Shown one piece after another: positions 1 through 15,600 of a stretch of DNA of 64,000 nt. The position numbers were made by a program, and so were the translations under genes. Numbering within the stretch: the first letter of the stretch is position 1; every line of letters begins with the position of its first letter. Origin of the DNA: the human T2T-CHM13v2.0 reference genome, Homo sapiens; contig CP068257.2 of assembly GCA_009914755.4 (NCBI GenBank), forward strand, positions 1,184,001 through 1,248,000, read 5' to 3'. The notes under the pieces are model-generated. The model was not told the DNA's origin and did no database searches. It worked only from the letters and a program-made list of their open reading frames with translations.

Positions 1-3000
1 GGAATTTAGTGCAATGGAATGGAATGCAATGGAATGGAATGGAATGGAATGGAATCAACCCGAATGGAATGGAACGGAATGGAATGGAATGGAATGGAAT
101 GGAATGGAATCAACACGAATGGCATGGCATAGAATGGAATGGAATGGAATGGAATGGACCCGAATGGAATGGAATGGATTGGAATGGAATGGAATGGAAT
201 CAACCCGAGCGGAAAGGAATTGAATGGAATGGAGTGGAATGGAATATAATGGAATGGAATGGAAAGGAATGGAATCAACACGAATGGAATGGAACGGAAT
301 GGAATGAGATGGGATGGAATGGAATGGAATGGAAGTTAATCAACAGGAATGGAATGCAACGGAATGGAATGGAATGGAATGGAATGAACCCGAATGGAAT
401 TGAATGGATTGGAATGCAATGGAATGGAATCAACCAGAGCGGAAAGGATTCGAATGGAATGGAGTGGAATGTAATGTAATGTAATGGAATGGAATGGAAT
501 GGAATCAACACGAATGGAATGGAACGGAATGGAATGGTATGGGATGGAATGGAATGGAATGGAAGTTAATCAACACGAATGGAGTGGAATGGAATGGAAT
601 GGAATGGAATGGAATGGAATGGAATGGAATTAAATTGTAAAGGAACGGAATGGAATCAACACGACTGGAATGGAATGGAACGGAATGGAATCAACCCGAG
701 TGGAATGAAATGGAATGTAGTGCAATGGGATGGAGTGGAATCAACCCGAGTGGAATGGAATGGAATGGAATGGAATGGAATGGAAAGGAATGGAATGAAA
801 TGGATTGGATCGGAATGGAATCCAATCGAATTAACTGGAATGGAATGGAATGGAATGGAATGGAATAAATCCGGGTGGAGTGGAATGGAATGTAATGGAG
901 TGGAATGGAATGGAATTTTGTGGGATGGAATGGAATGGAATGGAATCAACCGGAATGGGATGGCATGGAATGGAAGTGAGTGGAATGGAATGGAATGGAA
1001 TGGAATGGAATGGAATCAAACCAAGTGCAATGGAATGGAATGGAATGCAGTGGAATCCACCTGAGTGGAATGGAATGGAATGGAATGGAATGGAATGGAA
1101 TAGAATGGAGTGGAATGGAACGGAATGGAATGGAATGGAACGGAATAGAATGGAACGAACCCGAATGGAATGGAATGGAATTAACCCGAATGGAATGGAA
1201 TGGATTGGAATGGAATGCAATGGAATCAACCTGAGCGGAAAGGAATGGAATGGAATGGAGTGGAATGTAATGTAATGGAATGGAATGGAATGGAATCAAC
1301 CCGAATGGAATGGAACGGAATGGAATGGAAAGGAATGGAATGGAATGGAATGAAATGGAATGGAATGGAGTGGAATCTAACGGAATGGAGTGGAATGCAA
1401 TAAACACCAGGGGAATGAAATGGATTGGAATGAAATGGAATGGAATGGAATGGAATGAAATCAACCCGAGTGGAATTGAACGGAATGGAATGGAATGGAA
1501 AGAAATGAATGGAATGGAATGGGGTGGAATCAACATGAGAGGAATGGAATGCAGTGGAATGGAATGTGATGTAATGGAAAGGAATGGAATGGAATCAACA
1601 CGAATGGAATGGAACGGAATGGAATGGGATGGGATGGAATTTAATAGAATGGAAGTTAATCAACACGAATGGAATGGAACGGAATGGAATGGAATGGAAT
1701 GGAATGGAATGGAATGGAATGGAAAGGAATGAATGGAAAGGAACGGAATGGAATCAACACGAGTGGAATGTAATGGAACGGAATGGAATCAACCCGAGTG
1801 GGATGAAATGGAATGTAATGCAATGAGATGGAGGGGAATCAACCCGAGTGGAATGGAATGGAATGGAATGGAATGGAATGGAATGGAATGGAATGAAATA
1901 GAATGGATCCGAAAGGAATCCATTGGAATCAACTGGAATGGAATGGAATGGAATGGAATGGAATGGAATAAATCCGGGTGGAGTGGATTGGAATGTAATG
2001 GAGAGCAATGTAATCGAATTTTTTGGAATGGAATGGAATGGAATGGAATGGAATGGAATGAAATGGATTGGATCGGGATGGAATCCAATGGAATCAACTG
2101 GAATGGAATGGAATGGAAGGGAATGGAATGGAATAAATCCGGGTGGAGTGGAATGGAAAGTAATGGAGTGGAATGTAATGGAATTTAGTGGAATGGAATG
2201 GAATGGAATGGAATGGAATGAAATGGATTGGATCGGAATGGAATCCAATGGAATCAACTGGAATGGAATGGAATGGAATGGAATGGAATAAATACGGGTG
2301 GAGTGGAATGGAATGGAATGGAGTGGAATGGAATGGAATTTAGTGGGATGGAATGGAATGGAATGGAATGGAATGGAATGGAATGGAATCAACCGGAATG
2401 GGATGGCATGGAATGGAATTGAGTGGAATGGAATGGAATGGAATGGAAAGGAATCAAACCAAGTGCAATGAAATGGAATGGAATGCAATGGAATCCACCC
2501 GAGTGGAATGGAATGGAATGGAATGGAATGGAATGGAATGGAATGGAATGGAATAGAAAGGAATGGAGTGGAATGGAATAAACACCAGGGGAATGAAATG
2601 GATTGGAATGAAATGGAATGGAATGGAATGGAATGGAATGAAATCAACCCGAGTGGAATGGAACGGAATGGAATGGAAAGGAATGGAATAGAATGAAATG
2701 GCAAGGAATGGAATGGAATGGAATGGAATCAACCCAAATGGGATGGCATGGAATGGAATTGAATGGAATGGAATGGAATGGAATGGAATCAACCCAAGTG
2801 CAATGGAATGGAATGGAATGCAATGGAATCTACCCGAGTGGAATGGAATGGAATGGAATGGAATGGAATGGAATGGAATGGACTGGAATGGAATGGAATG
2901 GAGTCGAATGGAACGGAACGGAGTGGAATGGAATAAACACCAGGGGAATGAAATGGATTGGAATGAAATGGAATGGAATGGAATGGAATGGAATGGAATG

Positions 3001-6000
3001 AAATCAACCCGAGTGGAATGGAACGGAATGGAATGGAATGGATAGGAATTAATGGAATGGAATGGTGTGGAATCAACACGAGAGGAATGGAATGGAATGG
3101 AATGGAACGGAATGGAATGGAAAGGAATGGAATGGAATGAACCCGAATGGAATGGAATGGATTGGAATGGAATGGAATGGAATCAACCCGAGCAGAAAGG
3201 AATGGAATGTAATGGAGTGGAATGGAATGGAATGGAATGGAATGGAATGGAATGGAATCAACACGAATGGAATGGAACGGAATGGAATGGGATGGGTTGG
3301 AATGGAATGGAATGGAACTTAATCAAGACGAATGGAAAGGAATGAAATGGAATGAACCCGAATGGAATGGAATGAACCCGAATGGAATGGAATGGATTGG
3401 AATGCAATGGAATGGAATCAACCTGAGAAGAAAGGAATGGAATGGAATGGAGTGGAATGGAATGTAATGGAATGGAATGGAATGGAATGGAATCAACACG
3501 AATGGAATGGAATGGAATGGAATGGGATGGGATGGAATGGAATGGAATGGATGTTAATCAACACGAATGGAATGGAACGGAATGGAATGGAATGGAATGG
3601 AATGGAATGAACCCGAATGGAATGGAATGGATTGGAATGGAATGGAATGGAATCAACACGAGCGGAAAGGAATGGAATGGAATGGAGTGGAATGGAAAGT
3701 AATGGAATGGAATGGAATGGAATGGAATCAACACGAATGGAATGGAACGGAATGGAATGGGATGGGATGGAATGGAATGGAATGGAAGTTAATCAACACG
3801 AATGGAATGGAACGGAATGGAAAGGAATGGTATGGAATGAAACCCAATGGAATGGAATGGATTGGAATGGAATGGAATGGAATCAACCCGAGCGGAAAGG
3901 AATGGAATCAAATGGAGTGGAATGGAAAGTAATGTAACGGAATGAAATGGAATGGAATCAACATGAATGGAATGGAACGGAATGGAATTTGATGGGATGG
4001 AATGGAATGGAATGAACCCGAATGGAATGGAATGGATTGGAATGGAATGGAATGGAATCAACCCGAGCGGAAAGGAATTGAATGGAACGGAGTGGAATGG
4101 AATATAATGGAATGGAATGGAAAGGAATGGAATCAACAAGAATGGAATGGAACGTAATGGAATGGGATGGGATGGAATGGAATGGAATGGAAGTTAATCA
4201 ACACGAATGGAATGGAACGGAATGGAATGGAATGGAATGGAATGAACCCGAATGGGATGGAATGGATTGGAATGGAATGGAATGGAATCAACCCGAGAGG
4301 AAAGGATTGGAATGGAATGGAGTGGAATGGAATGTAATGGAATGGAATGGAATAGAATGGTATCAAAACGAATGGAATGGAACAGAATGGAATGGTATGG
4401 GATGGAATGGAATGGAATGGAAGTTAATCAACACGAATGGAATGGAACAGAATGGAATGGAATGGAATGGAATGGAATGGAATGAAATGGAAAGGAACGG
4501 AATGGAATCAACACGAGTGGAATGGAGTGGAATGGAATGGAATCAACCCGAGTGGAATGAAATGGAATGTAGTGCAATGGGATGGAGTGGAATCAACCCG
4601 AGTGGAATGGAATGTAATGGAAGTTAATCAACACGAATTGAATGGAACGGAATAGAATGGAATGGAATGGAATGGAAGGGAATGGAATGGAATGGAATGG
4701 AATGGAATGGAATGGAGTGGAATGGAACGGAATGGAGTGGAATGGAACGGAATGGAGTGGAATGGAATAAACACCAGGGAAATGAAATGGATTGGAATGA
4801 AATGTAATGGAATTTAATGGAATGCAATGAAATCAACCCGAGTGGAATGGAACGGAATGGTATGGAATGGAAAGGATTGAATGGAATGGAAGGGTGTGGA
4901 ATCAACACGAGAGGAATGGAATGGAATGGAACGGAACGGAATGGAAAGGAATGGAATGGAATGAACCCGAATGGAATGGAATGGATTGGAATGGAATGGA
5001 ATGGAAATAACCCGATCGGAAAGGAATGGAATGCAATGGAGTGGAATGGAATGTAGTGGAATGGAATGGAATGGAATGGAATCAACACGAATGGAATGGA
5101 ACGGAATGGAATGGGATGGGATGGAATGGAATGGAATGAAATGGATTGGATGGGAATGGAATCCAATGGAATCAACTGGAATGGAATGGAATGGAATGGA
5201 ATGGAATGGAATGCAATAATTCCGGGTGGAGTGGAATGGAATGTAATGGAGTGGAATGGAATGGAATTTAGTGGAATGGAATGGAATGGAATGGAATGGA
5301 ATGGAATGGAATGGAATCAACCCGAATGGAATGGAACGGAATGGAATGGAATGGAATGGAATGGAATGGAATGGAATCAACACGAATGACATGGCATAGA
5401 ATGCAATGGAACGGAATGGAATGGAATCAACCCGAATGGAATGGAAGGAAAGGGAATGGAAATGAATGGAATGGAATGGAATGGAATGGAATGGAATGGA
5501 ATGGAATGGAATGGAATCAACCCAAATGGGATGGCATGGAATGGAATTGAATGGAATGGAATGGAATGGAATGGAATGGAATCAACCCAGTGCAATGGAA
5601 TGGAATGGAATGCAATGGAATCCACCCGAGTGGAATGGAATGGAATGGAATGGAATAGAATGGAATGGAATGGAATGGAATGGAATGGAATGGAATGGAA
5701 TGGAGTGGAATGGAACGGAATGGAGTGGAATGGAATAAACACCAGGGGAATGAAATGGATTGGAATGAAATGGAATGGAATGGAGTGGAATGGAATGAAA
5801 TAAACCCGAGTGGAATGGAACGGAATGGAATGGAATGGAAAGGAATGAATGGAATGGAATGGTGTGGAATCAACACGAGAGGAATGGAATGCAATGGAAT
5901 GGAACGGAACGGAATGGAAAGGAATGGAATGGAATGAACCCGAAAGGAGTGAAACGGATTGTAATGGAATGGAATAGAATCAACCCGAGCGGAAAGGAAT

Positions 6001-6654
6001 GGAATGGAATGTAGTGGAATGTAATGTAATGTAATGGAATGGAATGGAATGGAATCAACACGAATGGAATGGAACGGAATGGAATGGGATGGGATGGAAT
6101 GGAATGGAATGCAAGTTAATCAACACGAATGGAATGGAACGGAATGGAATGGAATGAAAAAGAAAGGAACAGAATGGAATCAATAAGAGTGGAATGGAAT
6201 GGATCGGAGTGGAATAAACTCGATTGGAATGAAATGGAATGTAATGCAATGGGATGGAGCAGAATCAACCCGAGTGAAATGGAATGGAATGGAATGGAAG
6301 GAATTGAATGGAATGGAATGGAATGAAATGGAATGGAATGGATCGGAGTGGAATCTAATGGAATCAACCGGAATGGAATGGAATGCAATGGAATGAAATG
6401 GAATGGAATGCAATGGAATGGAATGGAAAGGAATAAATCCGGGTGGAGTGGAATGGAAAGTAATGGAGTGGAATGTAATGGAATTTAGTGGAATGGAATG
6501 GAATGGAATGGAATGGAATGAAATCTATTGGATCGGAATGGAATCCAATGGAATAAACTGGAATGGAATGGAATGGCATGGAATGGAATGGAATGGAATG
6601 GAATGGAATAAATCCGGGTGGAGTGGAATGGAATGTAATAGAGTGGAATGGAAT
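1..6654 (+). repeat. HSat3 higher-order repeat unit, copy 1 of a 6654-bp period (left end cut by window edge)
   Basis: ORF-track proteins at 6..281(-), 9..479(+), 579..1064(+), 1754..2704(-) and others reappear identically at +6654, for example 6660..6935(-), 7233..7718(+), 8408..9358(-). Lines 4621-4800 and 11275-11455 are identical on direct reading. Confidence 0.85.
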
Positions 6655-9600
6655 GGAATTTAGTGCAATGGAATGGAATGCAATGGAATGGAATGGAATG
6701 GAATGGAATCAACCCGAATGGAATGGAACGGAATGGAATGGAATGGAATGGAATGGAATGGAATCAACACGAATGGCATGGCATAGAATGGAATGGAATG
6801 GAATGGAATGGACCCGAATGGAATGGAATGGATTGGAATGGAATGGAATGGAATCAACCCGAGCGGAAAGGAATTGAATGGAATGGAGTGGAATGGAATA
6901 TAATGGAATGGAATGGAAAGGAATGGAATCAACACGAATGGAATGGAACGGAATGGAATGAGATGGGATGGAATGGAATGGAATGGAAGTTAATCAACAG
7001 GAATGGAATGCAACGGAATGGAATGGAATGGAATGGAATGAACCCGAATGGAATTGAATGGATTGGAATGCAATGGAATGGAATCAACCAGAGCGGAAAG
7101 GATTCGAATGGAATGGAGTGGAATGTAATGTAATGTAATGGAATGGAATGGAATGGAATCAACACGAATGGAATGGAACGGAATGGAATGGTATGGGATG
7201 GAATGGAATGGAATGGAAGTTAATCAACACGAATGGAGTGGAATGGAATGGAATGGAATGGAATGGAATGGAATGGAATGGAATTAAATTGTAAAGGAAC
7301 GGAATGGAATCAACACGACTGGAATGGAATGGAACGGAATGGAATCAACCCGAGTGGAATGAAATGGAATGTAGTGCAATGGGATGGAGTGGAATCAACC
7401 CGAGTGGAATGGAATGGAATGGAATGGAATGGAATGGAAAGGAATGGAATGAAATGGATTGGATCGGAATGGAATCCAATCGAATTAACTGGAATGGAAT
7501 GGAATGGAATGGAATGGAATAAATCCGGGTGGAGTGGAATGGAATGTAATGGAGTGGAATGGAATGGAATTTTGTGGGATGGAATGGAATGGAATGGAAT
7601 CAACCGGAATGGGATGGCATGGAATGGAAGTGAGTGGAATGGAATGGAATGGAATGGAATGGAATGGAATCAAACCAAGTGCAATGGAATGGAATGGAAT
7701 GCAGTGGAATCCACCTGAGTGGAATGGAATGGAATGGAATGGAATGGAATGGAATAGAATGGAGTGGAATGGAACGGAATGGAATGGAATGGAACGGAAT
7801 AGAATGGAACGAACCCGAATGGAATGGAATGGAATTAACCCGAATGGAATGGAATGGATTGGAATGGAATGCAATGGAATCAACCTGAGCGGAAAGGAAT
7901 GGAATGGAATGGAGTGGAATGTAATGTAATGGAATGGAATGGAATGGAATCAACCCGAATGGAATGGAACGGAATGGAATGGAAAGGAATGGAATGGAAT
8001 GGAATGAAATGGAATGGAATGGAGTGGAATCTAACGGAATGGAGTGGAATGCAATAAACACCAGGGGAATGAAATGGATTGGAATGAAATGGAATGGAAT
8101 GGAATGGAATGAAATCAACCCGAGTGGAATTGAACGGAATGGAATGGAATGGAAAGAAATGAATGGAATGGAATGGGGTGGAATCAACATGAGAGGAATG
8201 GAATGCAGTGGAATGGAATGTGATGTAATGGAAAGGAATGGAATGGAATCAACACGAATGGAATGGAACGGAATGGAATGGGATGGGATGGAATTTAATA
8301 GAATGGAAGTTAATCAACACGAATGGAATGGAACGGAATGGAATGGAATGGAATGGAATGGAATGGAATGGAATGGAAAGGAATGAATGGAAAGGAACGG
8401 AATGGAATCAACACGAGTGGAATGTAATGGAACGGAATGGAATCAACCCGAGTGGGATGAAATGGAATGTAATGCAATGAGATGGAGGGGAATCAACCCG
8501 AGTGGAATGGAATGGAATGGAATGGAATGGAATGGAATGGAATGGAATGAAATAGAATGGATCCGAAAGGAATCCATTGGAATCAACTGGAATGGAATGG
8601 AATGGAATGGAATGGAATGGAATAAATCCGGGTGGAGTGGATTGGAATGTAATGGAGAGCAATGTAATCGAATTTTTTGGAATGGAATGGAATGGAATGG
8701 AATGGAATGGAATGAAATGGATTGGATCGGGATGGAATCCAATGGAATCAACTGGAATGGAATGGAATGGAAGGGAATGGAATGGAATAAATCCGGGTGG
8801 AGTGGAATGGAAAGTAATGGAGTGGAATGTAATGGAATTTAGTGGAATGGAATGGAATGGAATGGAATGGAATGAAATGGATTGGATCGGAATGGAATCC
8901 AATGGAATCAACTGGAATGGAATGGAATGGAATGGAATGGAATAAATACGGGTGGAGTGGAATGGAATGGAATGGAGTGGAATGGAATGGAATTTAGTGG
9001 GATGGAATGGAATGGAATGGAATGGAATGGAATGGAATGGAATCAACCGGAATGGGATGGCATGGAATGGAATTGAGTGGAATGGAATGGAATGGAATGG
9101 AAAGGAATCAAACCAAGTGCAATGAAATGGAATGGAATGCAATGGAATCCACCCGAGTGGAATGGAATGGAATGGAATGGAATGGAATGGAATGGAATGG
9201 AATGGAATAGAAAGGAATGGAGTGGAATGGAATAAACACCAGGGGAATGAAATGGATTGGAATGAAATGGAATGGAATGGAATGGAATGGAATGAAATCA
9301 ACCCGAGTGGAATGGAACGGAATGGAATGGAAAGGAATGGAATAGAATGAAATGGCAAGGAATGGAATGGAATGGAATGGAATCAACCCAAATGGGATGG
9401 CATGGAATGGAATTGAATGGAATGGAATGGAATGAAATGGAATCAACCCAAGTGCAATGGAATGGAATGGAATGCAATGGAATCTACCCGAGTGGAATGG
9501 AATGGAATGGAATGGAATGGAATGGAATGGAATGGACTGGAATGGAATGGAATGGAGTCGAATGGAACGGAACGGAGTGGAATGGAATAAACACCAGGGG

Positions 9601-11455
9601 AATGAAATGGATTGGAATGAAATGGAATGGAATGGAATGGAATGGAATGGAATGAAATCAACCCGAGTGGAATGGAACGGAATGGAATGGAATGGATAGG
9701 AATTAATGGAATGGAATGGTGTGGAATCAACACGAGAGGAATGGAATGGAATGGAATGGAACGGAATGGAATGGAAAGGAATGGAATGGAATGAACCCGA
9801 ATGGAATGGAATGGATTGGAATGGAATGGAATGGAATCAACCCGAGCAGAAAGGAATGGAATGTAATGGAGTGGAATGGAATGGAATGGAATGGAATGGA
9901 ATGGAATGGAATCAACACGAATGGAATGGAACGGAATGGAATGGGATGGGTTGGAATGGAATGGAATGGAACTTAATCAAGACGAATGGAAAGGAATGAA
10001 ATGGAATGAACCCGAATGGAATGGAATGAACCCGAATGGAATGGAATGGATTGGAATGCAATGGAATGGAATCAACCTGAGAAGAAAGGAATGGAATGGA
10101 ATGGAGTGGAATGGAATGTAATGGAATGGAATGGAATGGAATGGAATCAACACGAATGGAATGGAATGGAATGGAATGGGATGGGATGGAATGGAATGGA
10201 ATGGATGTTAATCAACACGAATGGAATGGAACGGAATGGAATGGAATGGAATGGAATGGAATGAACCCGAATGGAATGGAATGGATTGGAATGGAATGGA
10301 ATGGAATCAACACGAGCGGAAAGGAATGGAATGGAATGGAGTGGAATGGAAAGTAATGGAATGGAATGGAATGGAATGGAATCAACACGAATGGAATGGA
10401 ACGGAATGGAATGGGATGGGATGGAATGGAATGGAATGGAAGTTAATCAACACGAATGGAATGGAACGGAATGGAAAGGAATGGTATGGAATGAAACCCA
10501 ATGGAATGGAATGGATTGGAATGGAATGGAATGGAATCAACCCGAGCGGAAAGGAATGGAATCAAATGGAGTGGAATGGAAAGTAATGTAACGGAATGAA
10601 ATGGAATGGAATCAACATGAATGGAATGGAACGGAATGGAATTTGATGGGATGGAATGGAATGGAATGAACCCGAATGGAATGGAATGGATTGGAATGGA
10701 ATGGAATGGAATCAACCCGAGCGGAAAGGAATTGAATGGAACGGAGTGGAATGGAATATAATGGAATGGAATGGAAAGGAATGGAATCAACAAGAATGGA
10801 ATGGAACGTAATGGAATGGGATGGGATGGAATGGAATGGAATGGAAGTTAATCAACACGAATGGAATGGAACGGAATGGAATGGAATGGAATGGAATGAA
10901 CCCGAATGGGATGGAATGGATTGGAATGGAATGGAATGGAATCAACCCGAGAGGAAAGGATTGGAATGGAATGGAGTGGAATGGAATGTAATGGAATGGA
11001 ATGGAATAGAATGGTATCAAAACGAATGGAATGGAACAGAATGGAATGGTATGGGATGGAATGGAATGGAATGGAAGTTAATCAACACGAATGGAATGGA
11101 ACAGAATGGAATGGAATGGAATGGAATGGAATGGAATGAAATGGAAAGGAACGGAATGGAATCAACACGAGTGGAATGGAGTGGAATGGAATGGAATCAA
11201 CCCGAGTGGAATGAAATGGAATGTAGTGCAATGGGATGGAGTGGAATCAACCCGAGTGGAATGGAATGTAATGGAAGTTAATCAACACGAATTGAATGGA
11301 ACGGAATAGAATGGAATGGAATGGAATGGAAGGGAATGGAATGGAATGGAATGGAATGGAATGGAATGGAGTGGAATGGAACGGAATGGAGTGGAATGGA
11401 ACGGAATGGAGTGGAATGGAATAAACACCAGGGAAATGAAATGGATTGGAATGAA
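6655..11455 (+). repeat. HSat3 higher-order repeat unit, copy 2 (about 4.8 kb, above 99.9% identical to 1-4800), diverging after about 11455
   Basis: Same evidence as copy 1. Only one substitution was noticed, near 9435 (ggaatgAaatgg against ggaatgGaatgg near 2781). Identity ends where copy 1 reads atgaaatgtaatggaatttaatgg (about 4800) and copy 2 reads atgaaatggaatggaatggaataaatccgg (about 11455). Confidence 0.8.
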
Positions 11456-13099
11456 ATGGAATGGAATGGAATAAATCCGGGTGGAGTGGAATGGAATGAA
11501 ATGAAGTGGAATGCAATGGAATTTATTGGAATGGAATGGAACGGAACGGAATGGGATGGGATGGAAAGGAATGGAATGGAACTTAATCAACACGAATGGA
11601 AAGTAATGAAATGGACTGAACCCGAATGGAATGGAATGGATTGGAATGCAATGGAATGGAATCAACCGGAATGGGATGGCATGGAATGGAATTGAGTGGA
11701 ATGGAATGGAATGGAATGGAATGGAATCAAACCAAGTGCAAAGGAATGGAATGGAATGCAATGGAATCCACCCGAGTGGAATGGAATGGAATGGAATAAA
11801 ATGGAATGGAATGGAATGGAATGGAATGGAATGGAATGGAATGGAGTGTAATGGAACGGAATGGAATGGAATGGAACGGAAAGGAATGGAATGAACCCAA
11901 ATGGAATGGAATGGAATTAACCCGAATGGAATGGAATGGATTGGAATGGAATGGAATGGAATCAACCTGAGCGGAAAGGAATGGAATGGAATGGAGTGGA
12001 ATGTAATGTAATGGAATGGAATGGAAGGAATGGAATCAACACGAATGGAATGGAACGGAATGGAATGGGATGAGATGGAATGGAATGGAATGGAAGTTAA
12101 TCAACACGAATGGAATGGAACGGAATGGGATGGAATGGAATGGAATGGAATGGAATGGAAAGGAATGGAATGGAATGGAATGAAATGGAAAGGAACGGAA
12201 TGGAATCAACACGAGTGGAATGGAATGGAACGGAATGGAATCAACCCGAGTGGAATTAAATGGAATGTAATGCAATGGGATGGAGGGGAATCAACCCGAG
12301 TGGAATGGAATGGAATGGAATGGAATGGAATGGAATGGAATGGAATGGAATGAAATGAAATGGAATGGATCAGAATGGAATCCAAGGGAATCAACTGGAA
12401 TGGAATGGAATGGAATGGAATGGAATAAATCCGGTGGGAGTGGAATGGAATGTAATGAAGTGGAATGTAATGGAATTTTGTGGAATGGAATGGAATGGAA
12501 TGCAATGGAATGGAATGAAATGGATTGGATCGGAATGGAATCCATTGGAATCAATTGGAATGGAATGGAAAGGAATGGAATGGAATGGAGTGGAATGGAA
12601 TGGAACGGAATGGAATGGAATGGAATGGAATGGAATGGAATAAATCCGGGTGGAGTGGAATGGAATGAAATGGAGTGGAATGGAATGGAATTTGGTGGAA
12701 TGGAATGGAATGGAATAGAATGGAATGGAATGGAATTGAATCAACCCGAATGGAATGGAACGGAATGGAATGGAAAGGAATGTTATGGAATGGAATGGAA
12801 TCAACACGAATAGGATGGCATTGAATTGAATGGAAAGGAATTTAATCGAATGGAATGGAATGGAATGGAATGGAATGGAATGGAATCAACCCAAGTGCAA
12901 TGGAATGGAATGGAATGCAATGGAATCCAACCGAGTGGAAATGAATGGAATGGAATGGAATGGAATGGAATGGAATAGAGTGGAATCGAACGGAATGGAG
13001 TGGAATGCAATAAACACCAGGGGAATGAAATGGATTGGAATGAAATGTAATGTAATGTAATGGAATGGAATGGAATGGAATGGAATTGAATGGAATGAA

Positions 13100-15600
13100 A
13101 TCAACCCGAGTGGAATGGAACGGAATGGAATGGAATGGAAAGGAATGAATGGAATGGAATGGGGTGGAAACAACACGAGAGGAATGGAATGTAATGGAAT
13201 GGAAAGGAACGGAATGGAAAGGAATGGAATGGAATGAACCCGAATGGAATGGAATGGATTGGAATGGAATGGAATGGAATCAACCCTAGCGGAAAGGAAT
13301 GGAATGGAATGGAGTGGAATGGAATGTAATGGAATGGAATGGAATGGAATGGAGTGGAATGTAATGTAACGGAATGCAATGGAATGGAATGGAATCAACA
13401 CGAATGGAATGGAACGGCATGGAATGGGATGGGATGGAATGGAATGGAATGGAATTTAATCAACACGAATGGAATGGAAAGGAATGGAATGGAATGGCAT
13501 GGAATGGAATGGAATGGAATGGAATGGAGTAGAATGAAATAGAAAGGAAAGGAATGGAATCAACACGAGTGGAATGGAATGGAACGGAATGGAATCAACC
13601 CGAGTGGAATGAAATGGAATGTAATGCAATGGGATGGAGTGGAATCAACCCGAGTGGAATGGAATGGAATGGAATGGAATGGAATGGAATGGAATAAATC
13701 TGGGTGGAGTGGAATGGAATGTAATGGAGTGGAACGTAATGGAATTTAGTGGAATGGGATGGAATGGAATCAACACGAATGGAATGGAACGGAATGGAAT
13801 GAGATGGGATGGAGTGGAATGGAATGGAATTTAATCAACACGAATTGAATGGAACGGAATGTAATGTAATGGAATGGAATGGAATGGAATGAAATGGAAT
13901 GGAATGGAATGGAATGGAATGGAATGAAATCAACCCGAGTGGAATGGAACGGAATGGAATGGAATGGAAAGGAATGAATGGAATGGAATGGTGTGGAATC
14001 AACATGAGAGGAATGGAATGGAATGGAATGGAACGGAACGGAATGGAAAGGAATGGAATGGAATGAACCCGAATGGAATGGAATGGATTGGAATGGAATG
14101 GAATGGAATCAACCCTAGCGGAAAGGAATGGAATGGAATGGAGTGGAATGGAATGTAATGGAATGGAATGGAATGGAATGGAGTGGAATGGAATGTAACG
14201 GAATGCAATGGAATGGAATGGAATCAACACGAATGGAATGAAACGGCATGGAATGGGATGGGATGGAATGGAATGGAATGGAATTTAATCAACACGAATG
14301 GAATGGAAAGGAATGGAATGGAATGGCATGGAATGGAATGGAATGGAATGGAATGGAGTAGAATGAAATAGAAAGGAAAGGAATGGAATCAACACGAGTG
14401 GAATGGAATGGAACGGAATGGAATCAACCCGAGTGGAATGAAATGGAATGTAATGCAATGGGATGGAGTGGAATCAACCCGAGTGGAATGGAATGGAATG
14501 GAATGGAATGGAATGGAATGAAATGGAATAAATCTGGGTGGAGTGGAATGGAATGTAATGGAGTGGAACGTAATGGAATTTAGTGGAATGGGATGGAATG
14601 GAATCAACACGAATGGAATGGAACGGAATGGAATGAGATGGGATGGAGTGGAATGGAATGGAATTTAATCAACACGAATTGAATGGAACGGAATGTAATG
14701 GAATGGAATGGAATGGAATGGAATGAAATGGAATGGAATGGAATGGAATGGAATGGAATGAAATCAACCCGAGTGGAATGGAACGGAATGGAATGGAATG
14801 GAAAGGAATGAATGGAATGGAATGGTGTGGAATCAACATGAGAGGAATGGAATGGAATGGAATGGAACGGAACGGAATGGAAAGGAATGGAATGGAATGA
14901 ACGTGAATGGAATGGAATGGATTGGAATGGAATGGAATGGAATCAACCCGAGCGGAAAGGAATGGAATGGAATGGAGTGGAATGGAATGGAATGGAATGG
15001 AATGGAGTGGAATGGAATGGAATGGAATGGAATGGAATGGAATGCAATGGAATCAACACGAATGGAATGGAACGGAACGGAATGGGATGGGATGGAATGG
15101 AATGGAATGGAACTTAATCAACACGAATGGAAAGTAATGGAATGGAATGCACCCGAATGGAATGGAATGAACCCGAATGGAATGGAATGGATTGGAATGC
15201 AATGGAATGGAATCAACCTGAGAGGAAAGGAATGGAATGGAATGGAGTGGAATGGAATGGAATGAACCCGAATTGAATGGAATGGATTGGAATGGAATGG
15301 AATGGAAACAACCCGAGCTTAAAGGAATGGAATGGAATGGAGTGGAATGGAAAGTAATGGAATGGAATGGAATGGAATGGAATCAACACTAATGGAATGG
15401 AACGGAATGGAATGGGATGGGATGGAATGGAATGGAATGGAAGTTAATCAACACGAATGGAATGGAACAGAATGGAATGGAATGGAATGGAATGGAATGA
15501 AATGGAATGGAATGGAATGAAATGAAAGGGAAAGGAACGGAATGGAATCAACACGAGTGGAATGCAATGGAACGGAATGGAATCAACCCGAGTGGAATGA
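13100..15600 (+). repeat. About 0.83-kb HSat3 higher-order period, roughly 3 tandem copies
   Basis: ORFs 12886..13401(-) and 13835..14230(-) share the same MLIPFHSIAFRYI... peptide at an 829-bp offset. 13339..13542(+) and 14168..14371(+) are near-identical at +829. 13964..14158(+) and 14798..(+) share MERNEWNGMVWNQHERNG... at +834. Boundaries are approximate. Confidence 0.6.
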
